Positions 15,027 through 25,891 of a DNA stretch of 64,000 nt are shown piece by piece. A program made the translations under genes and the position numbers. Location: NCBI GenBank assembly GCA_965206595.1, contig OZ242214.1, forward strand, positions 6,112,001-6,176,000, in the 5' to 3' direction. Origin of the DNA: Candidatus Latescibacterota bacterium. GTDB taxonomy: Bacteria > Latescibacterota > UBA2968 > UBA8231. Each line of letters begins with the position of its first letter. Positions within the stretch are counted from its first letter, which is position 1. A model generated the notes under the pieces. The model was not told the origin of the DNA, made no database searches, and saw only the letters and a list, made by a program, of their open reading frames with translations.

Positions 15027-15275
15027 CGAAACAGGTGAGGCCGGTTATATGGCGGCAGTAAAATCGGAGTCAATCCCATGCCGCAAAAGCCCCTATTCTT
15101 CGTCACCCTTTGAGTTGGAAAATGCGACGTTGCGGGGGTACAGCTTTGCCCATAGATTCGGAAAGACCCCGTTCATAAGCCATGGAGTCGAACCCTACTC
15201 TTTCATGGCTCTGGCCATTGGCCGATGTTTGCCCGTCCGACCTTTGACGACAGCATACAACTCGGATCCCCCCTC

Positions 15276-16049
15276 ATGTCTGGCCACTCAAAGTGGAGCA
15301 CCATAAAGCGAAAGAAGGGCGCCAACGACGCCAAGCGCGGCAAACTGTTTACGAAACTCATCAAGGAGATCACCGTCTCGGCACGCGACGGCGGTGACGA
15401 AGAGACGAATCCAAGGCTGCGAATTGCGGTGCAGAATGCAAAGGGCGCCAATATGCCTCAGGCTACCATCGATCGCGCCATTCGCAGAGGCACTGGAGAG
15501 GAGCCCGGTGCGGTCTACGAGGAAGCAATGTACGAAGGTTACGGTCCTGCAGGTGTCGCGCTCATGGTAGACACGCTGTCCGACAACAGAAATCGGACGG
15601 TTGCAGAAGTGCGTCACGTTTTCACCAAACACGACGGGAACCTGGCTGAGAAGGGGGCCGTGGCGTGGATGTTCACCCAGAAAGGCCACATCGAAATCAG
15701 CTCGGAAGAGACCACCGAGGAGGAATTGATGCTGGCCGTAATGGATGCCGGGGCAGAGGATATTCAGGATTCGGAGGGGGTGTTCGAAGTCCTTTGTTCC
15801 ATCGACGCATTCGAAGTATTGAAGCAATCACTCGAGTCGAAGGGCATTTTCTTCTCACAAGCGTCGCTTGCATGGATACCTCAAAATCTCCTGGAAGTCG
15901 CCTGGGAGAATGCGGAGAAAATCGTTCGCCTGCTTGAGGATCTCGAAGATCTCGACGATGTGCAGCGCGTTTTTTCCAACTTCGAAGTCGAGGAAGACGA
16001 GCTGCAGAACTGTTGTCGTGAGGGAACGAACCTCTCCCGCACACCCTAA
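15276..16049 (+). CDS. yebC: YebC/PmpR family protein
   Basis: MSGHSKWSTIKRKKG, YEGYGP, DNRNRT, DDVQRVFSN; canonical position before ruvCAB. Confidence 0.97.
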   Translation: MSGHSKWSTIKRKKGANDAKRGKLFTKLIKEITVSARDGGDEETNPRLRIAVQNAKGANMPQATIDRAIRRGTGEEPGAVYEEAMYEGYGPAGVALMVDTLSDNRNRTVAEVRHVFTKHDGNLAEKGAVAWMFTQKGHIEISSEETTEEELMLAVMDAGAEDIQDSEGVFEVLCSIDAFEVLKQSLESKGIFFSQASLAWIPQNLLEVAWENAEKIVRLLEDLEDLDDVQRVFSNFEVEEDELQNCCREGTNLSRTP

Positions 16050-16148
16050 GTTCTTGCTCCTGATTGCTACCACTGGATCTGTCTCTACCCGCCGTCGGTC
16101 TCCGATGTCGAATTTTACATTCTCTTCTGACAGGACACTTGGTCGGTT

Positions 16149-16691
16149 TTGATAATCCTGGGCATCGACCCTAGTAGTACTGGAACCGGGTTCGGTTTGG
16201 TCGACTACTCGCCGAGGCTCTGCACCTTAATCAGTCTCGGCTGCATACGCCCTTCTGCCAAGGCCAGCTTCGAGGACCGGCTCGTTGCCTTGTTCGATCG
16301 CATCAATTCGGTTATCGACGAGGTTTCACCGGCCGAGGTCGCCATGGAAAGTAGTTTCTATGGAAAAAATCCCGACGCTGCCGGCAAACTGGGCCAGGCG
16401 TACGGGGTGCTGAGTCTGGCGGTACGCAAGGCGGGATTAAATGTCGTGAAATACACTCCGGCCGAAGTGAAGAAAGCGGTTGTCGGAAATGGTCAGGCAA
16501 AAAAAGAGCAGGTCCAGTTCATGGTTGCCAAGCTTCTCCGGCTATCCAAGATGCCGACCCCGCTCGATGCCTCCGACGCCCTCGCCGTTGCGTTGTGCCA
16601 TGGCTACAGGCGGGGCTCACTGTTCGCCCCCTCCCAGTCGCAGCGCAAGCCGGAGGTCGAAACTCTCCTGAAAAGGGTTTCGATGAGGTAG
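16149..16691 (+). CDS. ruvC: Holliday junction resolvase
   Basis: ILGIDP, EVKKAVVGNGQAKKEQV, DASDALAVALCH. Confidence 0.96.
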   Translation: MIILGIDPSSTGTGFGLVDYSPRLCTLISLGCIRPSAKASFEDRLVALFDRINSVIDEVSPAEVAMESSFYGKNPDAAGKLGQAYGVLSLAVRKAGLNVVKYTPAEVKKAVVGNGQAKKEQVQFMVAKLLRLSKMPTPLDASDALAVALCHGYRRGSLFAPSQSQRKPEVETLLKRVSMR

Positions 16692-16693
16692 GA

Positions 16694-17296
16694 ATGATCG
16701 AGAGAGTCAACGGCGTACTCGTCGAACGCGCACCAACACACGTCGTCGTCGTCGTCGGCGGGATTGGCTACGGCCTTTCGATTTCTCTCAATACTTACGA
16801 GCAATTGCCGGATTTGGGAAGCGAAGTCAGTCTGTTGACTCACACTTATGTGCGGGAAGACAGGCTGCAACTTTTCGGCTTCTGTAATGCCGAAGAGAGA
16901 GAGATGTTCCAGCATTTGATCGGCGTCGCAGGGGTCGGTCCGACTTCCGCGCAGATGATTCTGTCGGGTATGTCCGTTCAAGAGCTCAAATTTGCGATTT
17001 TCGAAGAGAGGGCTTCCGATCTGACGCGGGTGCGCGGTATCGGCCGCAAGACCGCCGACCGCTTAGTGGTTGATCTAAGGGACAAAATCGACCCTGCCTC
17101 GAAGCGAGCTGTCGACACCGAAGGCGAGCAGGTGTCCTCGTCTTGGAACGTTAAGACCGAAGAAGCGGTCCTTGCTCTGGTGGCCCTGGGTATCGCCACC
17201 ACCGCGGCGCGCAAGGCGGTTGCCAGCGCGATGGAGAAAACCGGGGTCGACACTACTCCTCAGGATTTGATCAAGCAGGCTTTGAACGAGCGCTGA
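16694..17296 (+). CDS. ruvA: Holliday junction branch migration protein
   Basis: GGIGY, YVRED.LQLFGF, HhH motifs GVGP and GIGRKTA. Confidence 0.96.
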   Translation: MIERVNGVLVERAPTHVVVVVGGIGYGLSISLNTYEQLPDLGSEVSLLTHTYVREDRLQLFGFCNAEEREMFQHLIGVAGVGPTSAQMILSGMSVQELKFAIFEERASDLTRVRGIGRKTADRLVVDLRDKIDPASKRAVDTEGEQVSSSWNVKTEEAVLALVALGIATTAARKAVASAMEKTGVDTTPQDLIKQALNER

Positions 17297-17302
17297 GCGC
17301 AG

Positions 17303-18346
17303 ATGGCAGAAACAAATCCGAACCCGATCGATCCGGTTATTCAACAGGATGACATCGAGACTGACCTGACGTTAAGGCCGAAAACCTTGGCCGAGATGCT
17401 GGGACAGGAAAAGGTGAAGGAACAACTGCGTATCACCATTCAGGCGTCCCTAAAACGGGGCGAGGCGATGGACCACGTACTCCTTTACGGTCCCCCCGGG
17501 CTCGGAAAGACGACGCTGGCACAAGTGATCGCCAACGAACTCGGCGTTCAAATCCACAAGACTTCCGGACCGCTGCTAGAACGTCCTGTCGACCTTACCG
17601 GCATGCTCACCAATCTTGGCTCCCGAGACGTTCTCTTCATCGACGAAGTACACCGCGTGAATCGCACGGTGGAGGAGTTTCTCTACTCGGCTATGGAAGA
17701 CTTCCATATCGACATCATGATCGACCAAGGTCCTCGAGCCCGCTCCGTGTCCCTCCCGCTCGAACGGTTTACACTGATAGGCGCAACGACGCGGCAGGGT
17801 CTTTTGACCGCCCCAATGCTTGCGCGCTTCGGAATCACTGAAACTCTCGATTATTACACAGTTACAGAGCTGGCCGAAATCATCCGCAGGGACGCCGTTT
17901 TTCTGGACTCCGCGATTGCCCCGGAGGGTGCCGGGGAGATCGCGCGGCGTTCTCGCGGCACCCCGCGGATTGCCAAGCGCTTGTTCAGAAGAGCGCGCGA
18001 CTACGCGCTGGTGGAGGGCAATGGACAGATCGATGTCGATATCGCGAAGAAGTCCCTGGAGATTCTGAAAGTCGACACCCTCGGGCTCCAAGAGGCGGAT
18101 ATTAAGCTGCTGCAGGCGATCGTTGACAAATTTGGAGGTGGTCCAGTCGGGATAAACAACCTCGCGGCAGTCATCGGCGAGGAGGAGGAGACTATCACCG
18201 AGGTGTACGAGCCGTACCTCCTCAAAGAGGGATTTCTCAAGCGCACGCCGAAAGGCCGCGTGGCGATGCCGCGGTCGTACGAACATCTGGGGAGAGTGCC
18301 GACAGCGTCTGATGCGGGCGCGAGCGACCAGATGACGCTCCTGTAG
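17303..18346 (+). CDS. ruvB: Holliday junction DNA helicase
   Basis: LRPKTL, GPPGLGKTT, FIDEVHR, GATTR, SRGTPRIA, GGPVG. Confidence 0.98.
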   Translation: MAETNPNPIDPVIQQDDIETDLTLRPKTLAEMLGQEKVKEQLRITIQASLKRGEAMDHVLLYGPPGLGKTTLAQVIANELGVQIHKTSGPLLERPVDLTGMLTNLGSRDVLFIDEVHRVNRTVEEFLYSAMEDFHIDIMIDQGPRARSVSLPLERFTLIGATTRQGLLTAPMLARFGITETLDYYTVTELAEIIRRDAVFLDSAIAPEGAGEIARRSRGTPRIAKRLFRRARDYALVEGNGQIDVDIAKKSLEILKVDTLGLQEADIKLLQAIVDKFGGGPVGINNLAAVIGEEEETITEVYEPYLLKEGFLKRTPKGRVAMPRSYEHLGRVPTASDAGASDQMTLL

Positions 18347-18370
18347 GGGGGCGAAACCGACCCCCCTACA
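18342..18370. repeat. REP-like palindrome / hairpin
   Basis: TGTAGGGGGG-9 nt-CCCCCCTACA perfect 10-bp stem overlapping the ruvB stop. Confidence 0.6.
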
Positions 18371-18377
18371 CGCAATA

Positions 18378-19082
18378 ATGCTTGTTCTGGCGTTCGACAC
18401 GGCAACCCCGGTCGCCAGCGTGGCTTTGCTCGACGAGGAACGGGTTATCGCGAGCCGATACTTCGACGTCGGAAACCAGCGCTCCCGGCGACTTTTCGGC
18501 GAGATGTCGCAACTGTTCGAGATCTCCGACCGAAACTGGGGAGACCTCGGGGCCGTGGCGACCACTACAGGCCCGGGGTCGTTCACCGGCCTGCGCATCG
18601 GTCTGAGCGCCGCCAAGGGAATCTGCTTTGCCTGCGGCATACCCCTGGTCGGCATCCCCACCCTGGAAGCGCTCGCGGGACGTTTGCCATATGCACGCCT
18701 GCCGGTCTGGGCCCTGCTCGATGCTCGTCGGGGCCAGGTGTACGCTGCCCACTACGATACGGCAAGCGGGTACCCGGAGGCCCTGACCGAACCGCGGGCG
18801 CTCGCTCCCGAAGTCCTGATGGAGGAACTGGCCGGGAACGAGGTTTTATTGACCGGGAGGGGAGCGAGCGCCTACCGCGCTTTCCTTTCCGGGCTGGAAG
18901 GGGCTCATTTCGCGCCGCCCCGGGTCGACCACCCAGACGCCCCAACGGTCGGCTGGTTGGGGCTGGCGAAGCTGGCTCGCGGCGAGGTGCTCGACATCGA
19001 TGCTGCGGAACCGGAGTACCTGCGAACCCCCATGTTTGCACCGGCTCGCCTGCGACCAGACTTCGGGAAACCCCGTGCCTGA
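18378..19082 (+). CDS. tsaB: tRNA t6A biosynthesis protein TsaB
   Basis: LAFDTAT, GPGSFTGLRIG, DARRGQVY, EPEYLR. Confidence 0.96.
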   Translation: MLVLAFDTATPVASVALLDEERVIASRYFDVGNQRSRRLFGEMSQLFEISDRNWGDLGAVATTTGPGSFTGLRIGLSAAKGICFACGIPLVGIPTLEALAGRLPYARLPVWALLDARRGQVYAAHYDTASGYPEALTEPRALAPEVLMEELAGNEVLLTGRGASAYRAFLSGLEGAHFAPPRVDHPDAPTVGWLGLAKLARGEVLDIDAAEPEYLRTPMFAPARLRPDFGKPRA

Positions 19083-19573
19083 GCTTCGACTCGAAGAACT
19101 CGACGCCGGCTCGGTCCGCCAACTGCACAGCGTCATGGCGATCGAGAGACGATCCTTTCGCAATCCGTGGACGTTTGCCGAATTCCAGTTCCTTGCCGAA
19201 GACGCGCGCGCGCTGAACCTCGGCTTGTGGCGCAACCGGCACCTTGTCGGATACGCAATCGGGTATGCCAAGGGGCCAGACTTCCACCTCGCCAAGCCTG
19301 GCGGTCGAGCCAGCCTGGCGCCGACGAGGCCTTGCGACCCGGCTGCTCGTAAGCATCCTCGAGAGAGCTTGGCATCGCGGTTGCACTACTTGTCGCCTGG
19401 AAGTGTGTCCTTCCAACAGGTCGGCCCGGAGGCTGTATAACAAACTCGGATTCGAGGCCGCAGGGGAGATCCTCCGGTTTTACACCTGCCCGGAAGAGGC
19501 CGCCCTTCAGCTCAGGGGACGAATCCGGGAAATCCGCGGCCGGGAAATTCACAGCGATGCTGAAAACAGTTAG
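19075..19573 (+). pseudogene. rimI: Ribosomal-protein alanine N-acetyltransferase with one frameshift near 19295 (may be a sequence error)
   Basis: IERRSFRNPW in one frame; LAVEPAWRRRGLA and LEVCPSN..ARRLYNKLGF in the next; follows tsaB. Confidence 0.8.
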
Positions 19574-19655
19574 GTTAATCTGTCTGCGGCGCCGGTCGTT
19601 CCGACGCCGCACGGGTTCACTCTCGGGATAACCGGAACTCAGGAGCAGGCATTCC

Positions 19656-20765
19656 ATGGCGGAAGTGGTCCTCAAGAACATCCGCAAGGTTTTCGACAGG
19701 GAGGTCGTTGCGGTCGAAGACGCGAACATACAGATAAGCGACCGCGAGTTCGTCGTCCTCGTAGGACCCTCGGGCTGCGGCAAATCGACGATGCTGCGGA
19801 TGGTTGCTGGCCTCGAGGAGATCACCGAGGGCGAGATCTACATCGACGGTCTGCTTGTCAACGACATTCCGCCGAAAGACCGGGACATCGCCATGGTTTT
19901 TCAGAACTACGCCCTTTATCCGCACATGACCGTCTACCAGAACATGGCCTTCGGCCTGAAGCTCCGTAAATATCCCAAGAAGGAGATCGAAGAAAGAGTC
20001 CGGGAGGCCGCCGATATCCTCGGAATCGAGGAGTTGCTCGAGCGTAAGCCAAAGGCGCTTTCGGGAGGCCAGCGGCAGCGAGTGGCGGTCGGCCGCGCCA
20101 TCGTGCGCAAGCCCAAGGTTTTCCTCTTCGACGAACCGCTGTCGAACCTCGATGCCAAACTGCGAGTTCAAATGCGCACCGAGATCAGCAAGCTTCACAC
20201 GCGCCTCGAGGCCACCATGATCTACGTGACGCACGATCAGACCGAAGCGATGACGATGGGGAACCGTATCGCCGTGATGAAAGAGGGCCGCATTCACCAG
20301 ATAGACACGCCGCTCCATCTCTACGGCCACCCTGTCAATCAGTTCGTAGGCGGTTTCATAGGGAGTCCCTCGATGAATTTCATCGAGGGCAGGCTGGTGG
20401 CAAACGGCCCCGGCCTCATCTTTGACGAGGGCAACTTCCAGATTTCGCTTCCTTCGGAGTACAGCGACGGTCTCGGCGATCATCGCGGCAGGGAGGTAAT
20501 CCTCGGTATCCGTCCCGAAGACATCCACGACCCAGACACGATCGGAACCGGAAAACAGACGGAAGAGATTTCGGCGCGCGTGGAGGTCGTCGAACCGATG
20601 GGCAGCGAAGTGTTCCTGTATGTCACTACCGGGAAGTCCTCCTTCGTAGCCCGTGTTGATCCGCTACATATTCCGACCGTTGACCAGCAGGTGCCCCTGG
20701 CGGTCGAAGTCGATCGGGTCCACTTCTTCGATCGCGACAGCGAGGCCAGCCTCCTGATGAATTGA
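19656..20765 (+). CDS. ugpC: Sugar/glycerol-3-phosphate ABC transporter ATPase (UgpC/MalK family)
   Basis: GPSGCGKST, VFQNYALYPHM, LSGGQRQR, DEPLSNLDAKLR, C-terminal TOBE region. Confidence 0.92.
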   Translation: MAEVVLKNIRKVFDREVVAVEDANIQISDREFVVLVGPSGCGKSTMLRMVAGLEEITEGEIYIDGLLVNDIPPKDRDIAMVFQNYALYPHMTVYQNMAFGLKLRKYPKKEIEERVREAADILGIEELLERKPKALSGGQRQRVAVGRAIVRKPKVFLFDEPLSNLDAKLRVQMRTEISKLHTRLEATMIYVTHDQTEAMTMGNRIAVMKEGRIHQIDTPLHLYGHPVNQFVGGFIGSPSMNFIEGRLVANGPGLIFDEGNFQISLPSEYSDGLGDHRGREVILGIRPEDIHDPDTIGTGKQTEEISARVEVVEPMGSEVFLYVTTGKSSFVARVDPLHIPTVDQQVPLAVEVDRVHFFDRDSEASLLMN

Positions 20766-20784
20766 GGAGGCCCCCCACCAGGCC

Positions 20785-21876
20785 TTGTCACTCCAACGCA
20801 TCCCCGGCCAGCACCGCCCCAAGGCGCAGATAGCAGCTTGGTTAACTGCTGGGCGGCTGCCCCACACGGTTTTGATCACGGGCCGGGAAGGGGTAGGAAA
20901 AAGGGAGTTGGCGTTAGAACTGGCGCGTGCCATCAACTGCCGGAGCGCCACGGATGCCTGCGGTGAATGCCCTTCCTGCCTCAAGACCGCTTCCCTGTCC
21001 CACAGGGACGTGCATGTGCTGACGCCGCTGCCGACCGGTTCGAACCGCAGCGACGAGACGATGATGGCCTCAATGCGCGAAGCCGGGCTCCAATATCTGG
21101 AACAGCATACGGGCTTCAAGCACAGCAATTCGAATATCCCAAGGGACTACATCAGGCTGCTTCATCGCGAGATGTCGTACGCCCCAGCGGAGGGGCATCG
21201 GCGTATCGGGATCATCTTCGAAGCGGATTGCATGCTGCCTGCGGGAGCCAATTCCCTGCTCAAGATCCTCGAGGAACCTCCTCGGCACTCGGTATTCATA
21301 CTGGTGTCTTCGGCTCTGCACCTTCTGCTACCGACCGTGGTGTCTCGCTGCCAGCGGCTCGACCTGCGTCCGCTGAGCACCTCGGAGCTGACCAAGCGCC
21401 TGAGGGAGCGGGGCGTCGACCAGGGCGCCGCCGAGTTTGCGGCACGCATCGGCGCCGGCAGTGTCCGACGGGCGGAGGCGGTAATTGACCGCGCCGCAGA
21501 ATTCGAGGAGCGGCGTAATCGGGTGGAGCGCTTCCTGCAGGCGGGATTTCAACAGGAGGACGGCGCCTATTGGGCTGCACTCGAAGAGCTGGGGGCGCGC
21601 GCCGACCGCGGCCAGCTCGACAGCTTCCTCGAGATCTGCGGAGTTTACCTGAGAGACCTGTTCCTGATGGGGCAGGGCAGAGCCGAGAATGTCACCAACG
21701 CCGACCGCATCCCGTGGCTGCAACGACAGCTACGGACGCTGAACCTCCGGGCACTGGAGGTGATCGCCGAACGGCTCGACCGCTCATACGCCGATCTCCA
21801 TGGCAATATCAACGTACAGCTGCTGCTCGCGGATTTCTGGCAGAGCCTGCGTCGGTGCGCCCGCGCTTCCCGGTAG
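20785..21876 (+). CDS. holB: DNA polymerase III delta' subunit
   Basis: GREGVGK, CGECPSC zinc module, ANSLLKILEEPP, LLPTVVSRCQ. Confidence 0.93.
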   Translation: MSLQRIPGQHRPKAQIAAWLTAGRLPHTVLITGREGVGKRELALELARAINCRSATDACGECPSCLKTASLSHRDVHVLTPLPTGSNRSDETMMASMREAGLQYLEQHTGFKHSNSNIPRDYIRLLHREMSYAPAEGHRRIGIIFEADCMLPAGANSLLKILEEPPRHSVFILVSSALHLLLPTVVSRCQRLDLRPLSTSELTKRLRERGVDQGAAEFAARIGAGSVRRAEAVIDRAAEFEERRNRVERFLQAGFQQEDGAYWAALEELGARADRGQLDSFLEICGVYLRDLFLMGQGRAENVTNADRIPWLQRQLRTLNLRALEVIAERLDRSYADLHGNINVQLLLADFWQSLRRCARASR

Positions 21877-22042
21877 TAGTGCCTGCTCCCGCCATCCTGT
21901 CTGAATCCGGTCATAGTTCCACTGTGCGAGGCCTTGCACCTGATCTGTGTATCCCAACCATTCCCATGGTTCACGCCACTCGCGGACCGGGGGCATCATC
22001 ATTTTCGGCAGATAGGCGGACCAACGTTCCTGGGCACTGTCG

Positions 22043-22918
22043 ATGAATCGACGCACGCCAAGGAGGCGATTCGGCCAACACTTTCTCGTCGACCCCGAAG
22101 CGGCCAGACGGATCGTCGAACTGGTTCATCCCCGGGAAGGCGACCTCGTGTTGGAAGTGGGACCCGGAACCGGGGCCCTGACGCGGGGCCTCGTCAGGCG
22201 TTTCGACCGCGTCGTCGCCGTGGAAATCGACCGCGACCTAGCTGCCCAGCTCTCCCGGATGGCAGGCGAGGGTTTTGCCTTGGTTAACGAGGATATTCTT
22301 CAGTTCGACTTGGTCGATCTGCTGTGCAGGGAAGGTCGCCGCAAGTTGTGCGTCGTGGGAAACCTCCCGTTCAACATATCGGCGCCGTTCCTGTTCAAAT
22401 TGAGGGAAAACGCACGTCTGGTCTCCTCGGCCGTACTCACGCTGCAGTGCGAGGTCGCACAGCGGCTCACCGCGGATCCCGGATCAAAGATCTACGGAGC
22501 GCTAACCGTGATGCTGCACCTGTGGTGCCACTCCCGCACCGTTCTGCAACTGCCACCGCAGGCGTTCCGGCCCCAGCCCCAAGTACAGTCCTGCGTGCTG
22601 CAGCTGGAGTTCAGCGACCGCCCGCGCCTGGAACTGCTCAGCCAAGGGATGTTCGAAGGACTGGTTCGGGCTGCCTTCGGCCAGCGGCGCAAGATGCTGC
22701 GGAACGCCCTGCAACCATGGTGGTCCTCGCTGGCGGTCGGAGTGGAAACCTCCCTGGTGGAGGTCGCCGAGAACGCCGGCATCGATCTCAGTCTGCGCGC
22801 CGAGTCGCTGGCTCCTTCCGAATTCGCCGCCTTCAGCAACGCCATCAAGAAATGTGTCGACACCGAGGCCGGCGGCGTTGCACAGGACCTTTCGGCATCC
22901 CCGGATGCAACGGGGTGA
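22043..22918 (+). CDS. rsmA: 16S rRNA dimethyladenosine transferase
   Basis: FGQHFL, LEVGPGTG, VEID, GNLPFNIS, FGQRRKMLRN. Confidence 0.97.
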   Translation: MNRRTPRRRFGQHFLVDPEAARRIVELVHPREGDLVLEVGPGTGALTRGLVRRFDRVVAVEIDRDLAAQLSRMAGEGFALVNEDILQFDLVDLLCREGRRKLCVVGNLPFNISAPFLFKLRENARLVSSAVLTLQCEVAQRLTADPGSKIYGALTVMLHLWCHSRTVLQLPPQAFRPQPQVQSCVLQLEFSDRPRLELLSQGMFEGLVRAAFGQRRKMLRNALQPWWSSLAVGVETSLVEVAENAGIDLSLRAESLAPSEFAAFSNAIKKCVDTEAGGVAQDLSASPDATG

Positions 22919-22935
22919 CCTTGTCTCGCGACCGG

Positions 22936-24858
22936 ATGTACGGGTTTCTTTTCGCCTTTATTCTATTGCTGTCACCCGCAATTTGCGCCGGGGCCGAGAC
23001 CTACAGCCTGGCGTTCAACTCGGCTAGCGGGCGCATGAGCTGGAACCCCTCTTTCCCCGGGTGGACCTACTCGACCCCCGTCGCTTTTTCCGCGGCAGGC
23101 GATTCGACTTCAATGCTGCGCCTGAACGCTTCGGCGTCGCTCAGGGCGAGCGTCTTCCCGCGTGACGGGCGTCAGAACCTGCAGGAAAACGGGAGCCTCA
23201 GGACCTCGGTGAGTTACCCGATCCTCGGGCCCAAGGCGACGATGAACGTCAGCGGTTCGATTTCGAGCAGCAGCGCCGCCCTGGTCAAGCAGAAGAGGAG
23301 AAGCCAGTCGGTCGGCTTCGGTTTCGGGTATCAACCGCTGGTAAAGTCCGACGGGCCCTTCCGCTCGATGCGGGTGAGTCTGACGCCCGGGTTCATCACC
23401 GCTCGCACGGCGAGCCGCGCAAATCTCGACAGTACAATAGAAGAGCGAGGGCTGTCGTACAACGCATCCCTCAACATGTCGCCCGGCTGGGATATTGCGA
23501 AGAAAAAGCTCAACACCTCGTTCAGCCTCACCAAGCGGGACAACACCTTGAAGAACAACAAGAACAGAAACGAGAGTATGAGATTCAGCACGGGGTACAC
23601 CTTTCCGAAGGGCCTAAGGGCGAATTTTTCGGCCGGCGAGAGACGCTCTCAGCGAGGGTTGACGCGTCGGGCCATCCTCGAAGAAAAAGAGGGAGATTTC
23701 GTTTCCAGGGATATCACGGAGCAGGCCGAGCTTTCGGAGACACGGAGCCGGAATTTTTCGACGACCCTCAAGGCAGAGGTCATGGGCTTCGACTTTTCTG
23801 CAGGACAGAGCTGGAGCAGGTCGAAGAACACCAACACCGCCAATGCCGACGAGGATTTGCCCAATCCCTATTTTGCCAAGGACCGCGAGAGCGAAAGGTG
23901 GGAGTACGACGTGAGCGCCAAAGGTGAGTTGCCAGGCAATCTTGTCGGCAGCACGTCAGTGAAGTACCAGACTAGCGACGAGCATCGCCTTCCGGTTACG
24001 CGGAGCAGCGGACTCGTCTTCCGCGACGTCACCGACGACCGCGACGACCGCGACCTGTACCTTCGCGGCTCGCTCGACTGGCAACCCAGCGAGGATCACG
24101 GCATGACTCTTTCCGGGTCGTCGCGGGTGAGCCGCAGCGACAACCCGGGTGAACCGGAACAGGACCGGGACACCTTCAGCAACAGCGCCAGCCTGCGCTA
24201 CCACGGCGGTTTCGACAGCGGCCTGAATCTCAGCGCAAACATCGCCTCGGGAGCCACCCACCGCGTCAACCTGCACTCGAGACGCTCCAGCCAGAACCAG
24301 CGAACCCGCGATCTGAGCTTCAGTGTCAGTCCCAGCTACGAGCGCCTGGAAACCAGGATCAGCCACAACTTTATAATATCCGCCCGGCGGACTACCTTCG
24401 ACTTCGACCGGCAGACCAATCGCAACCTCCTCGCCCGTCGCAGCAGTATCAGCCGCAGGTGGTCGATGGCGCACACCCTGTCGCGCTCGATTATTGACAA
24501 CCTCTCGCTCAACGTAAACTACAGGTACAGCGCCGACGACAGGGGGATTCTGCTCGTCGAAAACTCTTCCCAGATCGTCGAAGAGGACAACGCAGACCAC
24601 AGCGTGGGCGTCGGTACACGGTACAAGCCGAGCAAGGCGTTGTCGATCGGGATGACCTACCGTTATATCCTGGACCGGCAGTGGAAGTCTAGCGGCGAAG
24701 AGCGGGATTTGCGGCGCCGGAATCAACACCGAACCTTTGTCGTATCTGCCGAATTCAACCCCCGCCCCGAAACCAGGATGTCGGCGAGGTTCAGTCGCAC
24801 GCGGCAACTGAGCGGCACCTATGACAGCGTTAACGTTTTAATCAGTCGCCGCGTTTGA
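22936..24858 (+). CDS. Hypothetical secreted protein, probable outer-membrane beta-barrel
   Basis: Signal peptide [20 protein letters not shown]; many alternating-pattern beta-strands; C-terminal VNVLISRRV; start may be GTG 22915. Confidence 0.7.
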   Translation: MYGFLFAFILLLSPAICAGAETYSLAFNSASGRMSWNPSFPGWTYSTPVAFSAAGDSTSMLRLNASASLRASVFPRDGRQNLQENGSLRTSVSYPILGPKATMNVSGSISSSSAALVKQKRRSQSVGFGFGYQPLVKSDGPFRSMRVSLTPGFITARTASRANLDSTIEERGLSYNASLNMSPGWDIAKKKLNTSFSLTKRDNTLKNNKNRNESMRFSTGYTFPKGLRANFSAGERRSQRGLTRRAILEEKEGDFVSRDITEQAELSETRSRNFSTTLKAEVMGFDFSAGQSWSRSKNTNTANADEDLPNPYFAKDRESERWEYDVSAKGELPGNLVGSTSVKYQTSDEHRLPVTRSSGLVFRDVTDDRDDRDLYLRGSLDWQPSEDHGMTLSGSSRVSRSDNPGEPEQDRDTFSNSASLRYHGGFDSGLNLSANIASGATHRVNLHSRRSSQNQRTRDLSFSVSPSYERLETRISHNFIISARRTTFDFDRQTNRNLLARRSSISRRWSMAHTLSRSIIDNLSLNVNYRYSADDRGILLVENSSQIVEEDNADHSVGVGTRYKPSKALSIGMTYRYILDRQWKSSGEERDLRRRNQHRTFVVSAEFNPRPETRMSARFSRTRQLSGTYDSVNVLISRRV

Positions 24859-24886
24859 GGCGCCGACACGAAACCTTGGAGCTCGA

Positions 24887-25813
24887 ATGATGCCGGAAAT
24901 GCCGAAATCCGAGTTTATTTGGATGAACGGCGAGTGGGTCCCCTGGGACGATGCCAACATCCACGTCCTCTCCCATGTCGTTCATTACGGATCCAGCGTT
25001 TTCGAGGGAATCCGCTGTTACGCGACCCGAAGGGGGGCGGCTGTATTTCGCCTGCAGGACCATGTCGATCGCCTCTACGACTCGGCCAAGATCTACCGCA
25101 TGGAGATCCCATACACACGCGAGGAGTTCTGCGAGGCGATCCTGGAAACCATTCGACGGAACAGGCTCGACGCCTGCTACATCAGGCCCATCGTCTATCG
25201 CGGTTACAGCTCGCTCGGAGTCGATCCCTCAACCTGTCCTGTAGACTCGGTGATCGCGGTCTGGGAGTGGGGAGAGTACCTGGGAGAGGAAGCCCTGGCC
25301 AAGGGGGTTTCGGTCTGCACCTCCTCCTGGAGCCGCGTGGGGCCGAACACCTTTCCCTTTCTCGCCAAGGCGGGCGGCAACTACCTGAACTCGCAGCTGG
25401 TGCGCATGGAGGCGAACGCGAACGGCTACGACGAGGGTATCGTGCTCGGCCCCGACGGCCTGGTCAGCGAGGGCAGCGGCGAGAACATCTTCGCGGTCCG
25501 CAACGGTCGCATCTACACGCCGGCCTCCAGCTACTCGATCCTTCCCGGGATCACCAGGCACACGGCGATCGCCATGGCGCGCGACCTCGGAATGCAGGTG
25601 GAGGAGCGGGGGATACCGCGGGAATTCCTGTACATCGCCGACGAGGTGTTTTTTACCGGAACGGCGGCGGAGATCTCGCCCATACGGGCCGTGGATAAAG
25701 TGGAAATCGGCGACGGTCGATGCGGCCCGATTACGAAAAAGCTGCAGGATCTGTTTTTCGAGACTGTCAACGCCAGGACCGAGGATCGCCACCAGTGGCT
25801 GACATTCGTGTAG
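24887..25813 (+). CDS. ilvE: Branched-chain amino acid aminotransferase
   Basis: [48 protein letters not shown]. Confidence 0.98.
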   Translation: MMPEMPKSEFIWMNGEWVPWDDANIHVLSHVVHYGSSVFEGIRCYATRRGAAVFRLQDHVDRLYDSAKIYRMEIPYTREEFCEAILETIRRNRLDACYIRPIVYRGYSSLGVDPSTCPVDSVIAVWEWGEYLGEEALAKGVSVCTSSWSRVGPNTFPFLAKAGGNYLNSQLVRMEANANGYDEGIVLGPDGLVSEGSGENIFAVRNGRIYTPASSYSILPGITRHTAIAMARDLGMQVEERGIPREFLYIADEVFFTGTAAEISPIRAVDKVEIGDGRCGPITKKLQDLFFETVNARTEDRHQWLTFV

Positions 25814-25891
25814 AAAGAGAGCAGAACCTATCTCAAAATAGGCAAACTTAAACTTGTTTTCGAAATGACAGTGATGTATCATTGGTGTATG

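Noticed and set aside
19075-19573. Programmed frameshift in rimI
   Set aside because: No slippery sequence; a single extra base explains it, as error or recent mutation.
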